From: an uncultured Candidatus Saccharibacteria bacterium
Lineage (GTDB): Bacteria; Patescibacteriota; Minisyncoccia; Portnoybacterales; UBA2143
Direction of reading: 5' to 3'
DNA length: 64,000 bases
Assembly: GCA_964594965.1 (NCBI GenBank)
Contig: CAZQMX010000002.1
Span: forward strand, 44,306 to 108,305
Part shown: in pieces, positions 63,435 through 64,000 of the stretch
Layout of the letters: each line of letters begins with the position of its first letter
Numbering within the stretch: position 1 is the first letter of the stretch
The notes under the pieces: model-generated
Told to the model about the DNA's origin: nothing
What the model saw: only the letters and a program-made list of their open reading frames with translations
The model's database searches: none
Translations under genes and position numbers: made by a program

Positions 63435-64000
63435 TTAAACCTTAATCGGCATGACAATATATGTATAGGATTCGTCTCCAACTGGTTTAAGAACAACCGG
63501 CTTGGAACTATCATTTAATCCAATAACAACCTTATCAGAGAAAATATTATTTAATCCATCTAAAACATAGCGATAATTAAAGAATACCTCAATATTATTT
63601 CCCTGGATTTCAGCTTTAATCTGAGATTTATTCTCTCCAACATCAGCGCTTTTAGATGAAATTTCTAAATTTGATTTATCTGGATTGATAATAACTTTAA
63701 TATCATTAACTTTTCCGCTAAACAAGCTGGCCATTTTAATACTACTAATTAATTCTCTTTTATCAACTACAACCTGGGTTGTGGTTTTATCTGGGATAAT
63801 TTGTTGATAACTTGGGTACTGACCCTCAATTAACCTGGAGATAAGTTGAGTATAACCTAAATTAAATAGAATTTGGCTACCAGAAAGAACAACTTCAACT
63901 TCCTGCTCTTGATCCGGCTTATTACCATCTCCCTCACCCAGGATTCTAATTAATTCCTGGATAGTTCTCTGAGGAATAATCACTGATTGGTCCTCTACCC
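63435..64000 (-). CDS. dnaN: DNA polymerase III beta clamp (5' part outside window)
   Basis: SRLIEGQYP.YQQIIP, FNYRYVLDGL and YIVMP motifs. Confidence 0.95.
   Translation of the reverse strand, partial: VEDQSVIIPQRTIQELIRILGEGDGNKPDQEQEVEVVLSGSQILFNLGYTQLISRLIEGQYPSYQQIIPDKTTTQVVVDKRELISSIKMASLFSGKVNDIKVIINPDKSNLEISSKSADVGENKSQIKAEIQGNNIEVFFNYRYVLDGLNNIFSDKVVIGLNDSSKPVVLKPVGDESYTYIVMPIKV

Overview
AT-rich, gene-dense window of a small-genome bacterium. The gene set (eukaryote-type GlyRS and IleRS, stand-alone 5'-3' exonuclease, pilus ATPase, almost no biosynthesis, many Shine-Dalgarno-less starts) looks like Patescibacteria/CPR, probably Parcubacteria; that assignment is inference. Most of it is housekeeping: ftsA, 7 aminoacyl-tRNA synthetases, topA, parAB, smpB-tmRNA, infC-rpmI-rplT, ruvB/ruvC, PBP1A, dnaN and tRNA-Leu. 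There is also an ATP-grasp ligase cluster and a ~7 kb accessory tract downstream of tyrS. The striking signal is a set of tiny non-coding palindromic elements with no transposase in the window. (1) GC-rich 16-42 bp hairpins sit in frame inside yqeY, hisS, pth, tatD, rsmI, recO, ileS (twice) and argS, adding recurrent peptides such as VPTQGRDP and PAR...AG(G/R). (2) A ~137 bp inverted-repeat element sits exactly at the start codon of argS, smpB and rplT with the ATG duplicated, and shows covarying alternative pairings. (3) Heptamer-repeat elements lie at gene junctions and once in frame in metG. (4) Several other MITE/REP-like units occur. Also notable: an HNH/NUMOD3 gene at the ruvC start with a 9 bp duplication, a candidate antisense structured RNA at pth/dprA, and a repeated terminator-promoter module separating the accessory genes like cassettes. 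All alignments and pairings were made by eye; no searches were run.
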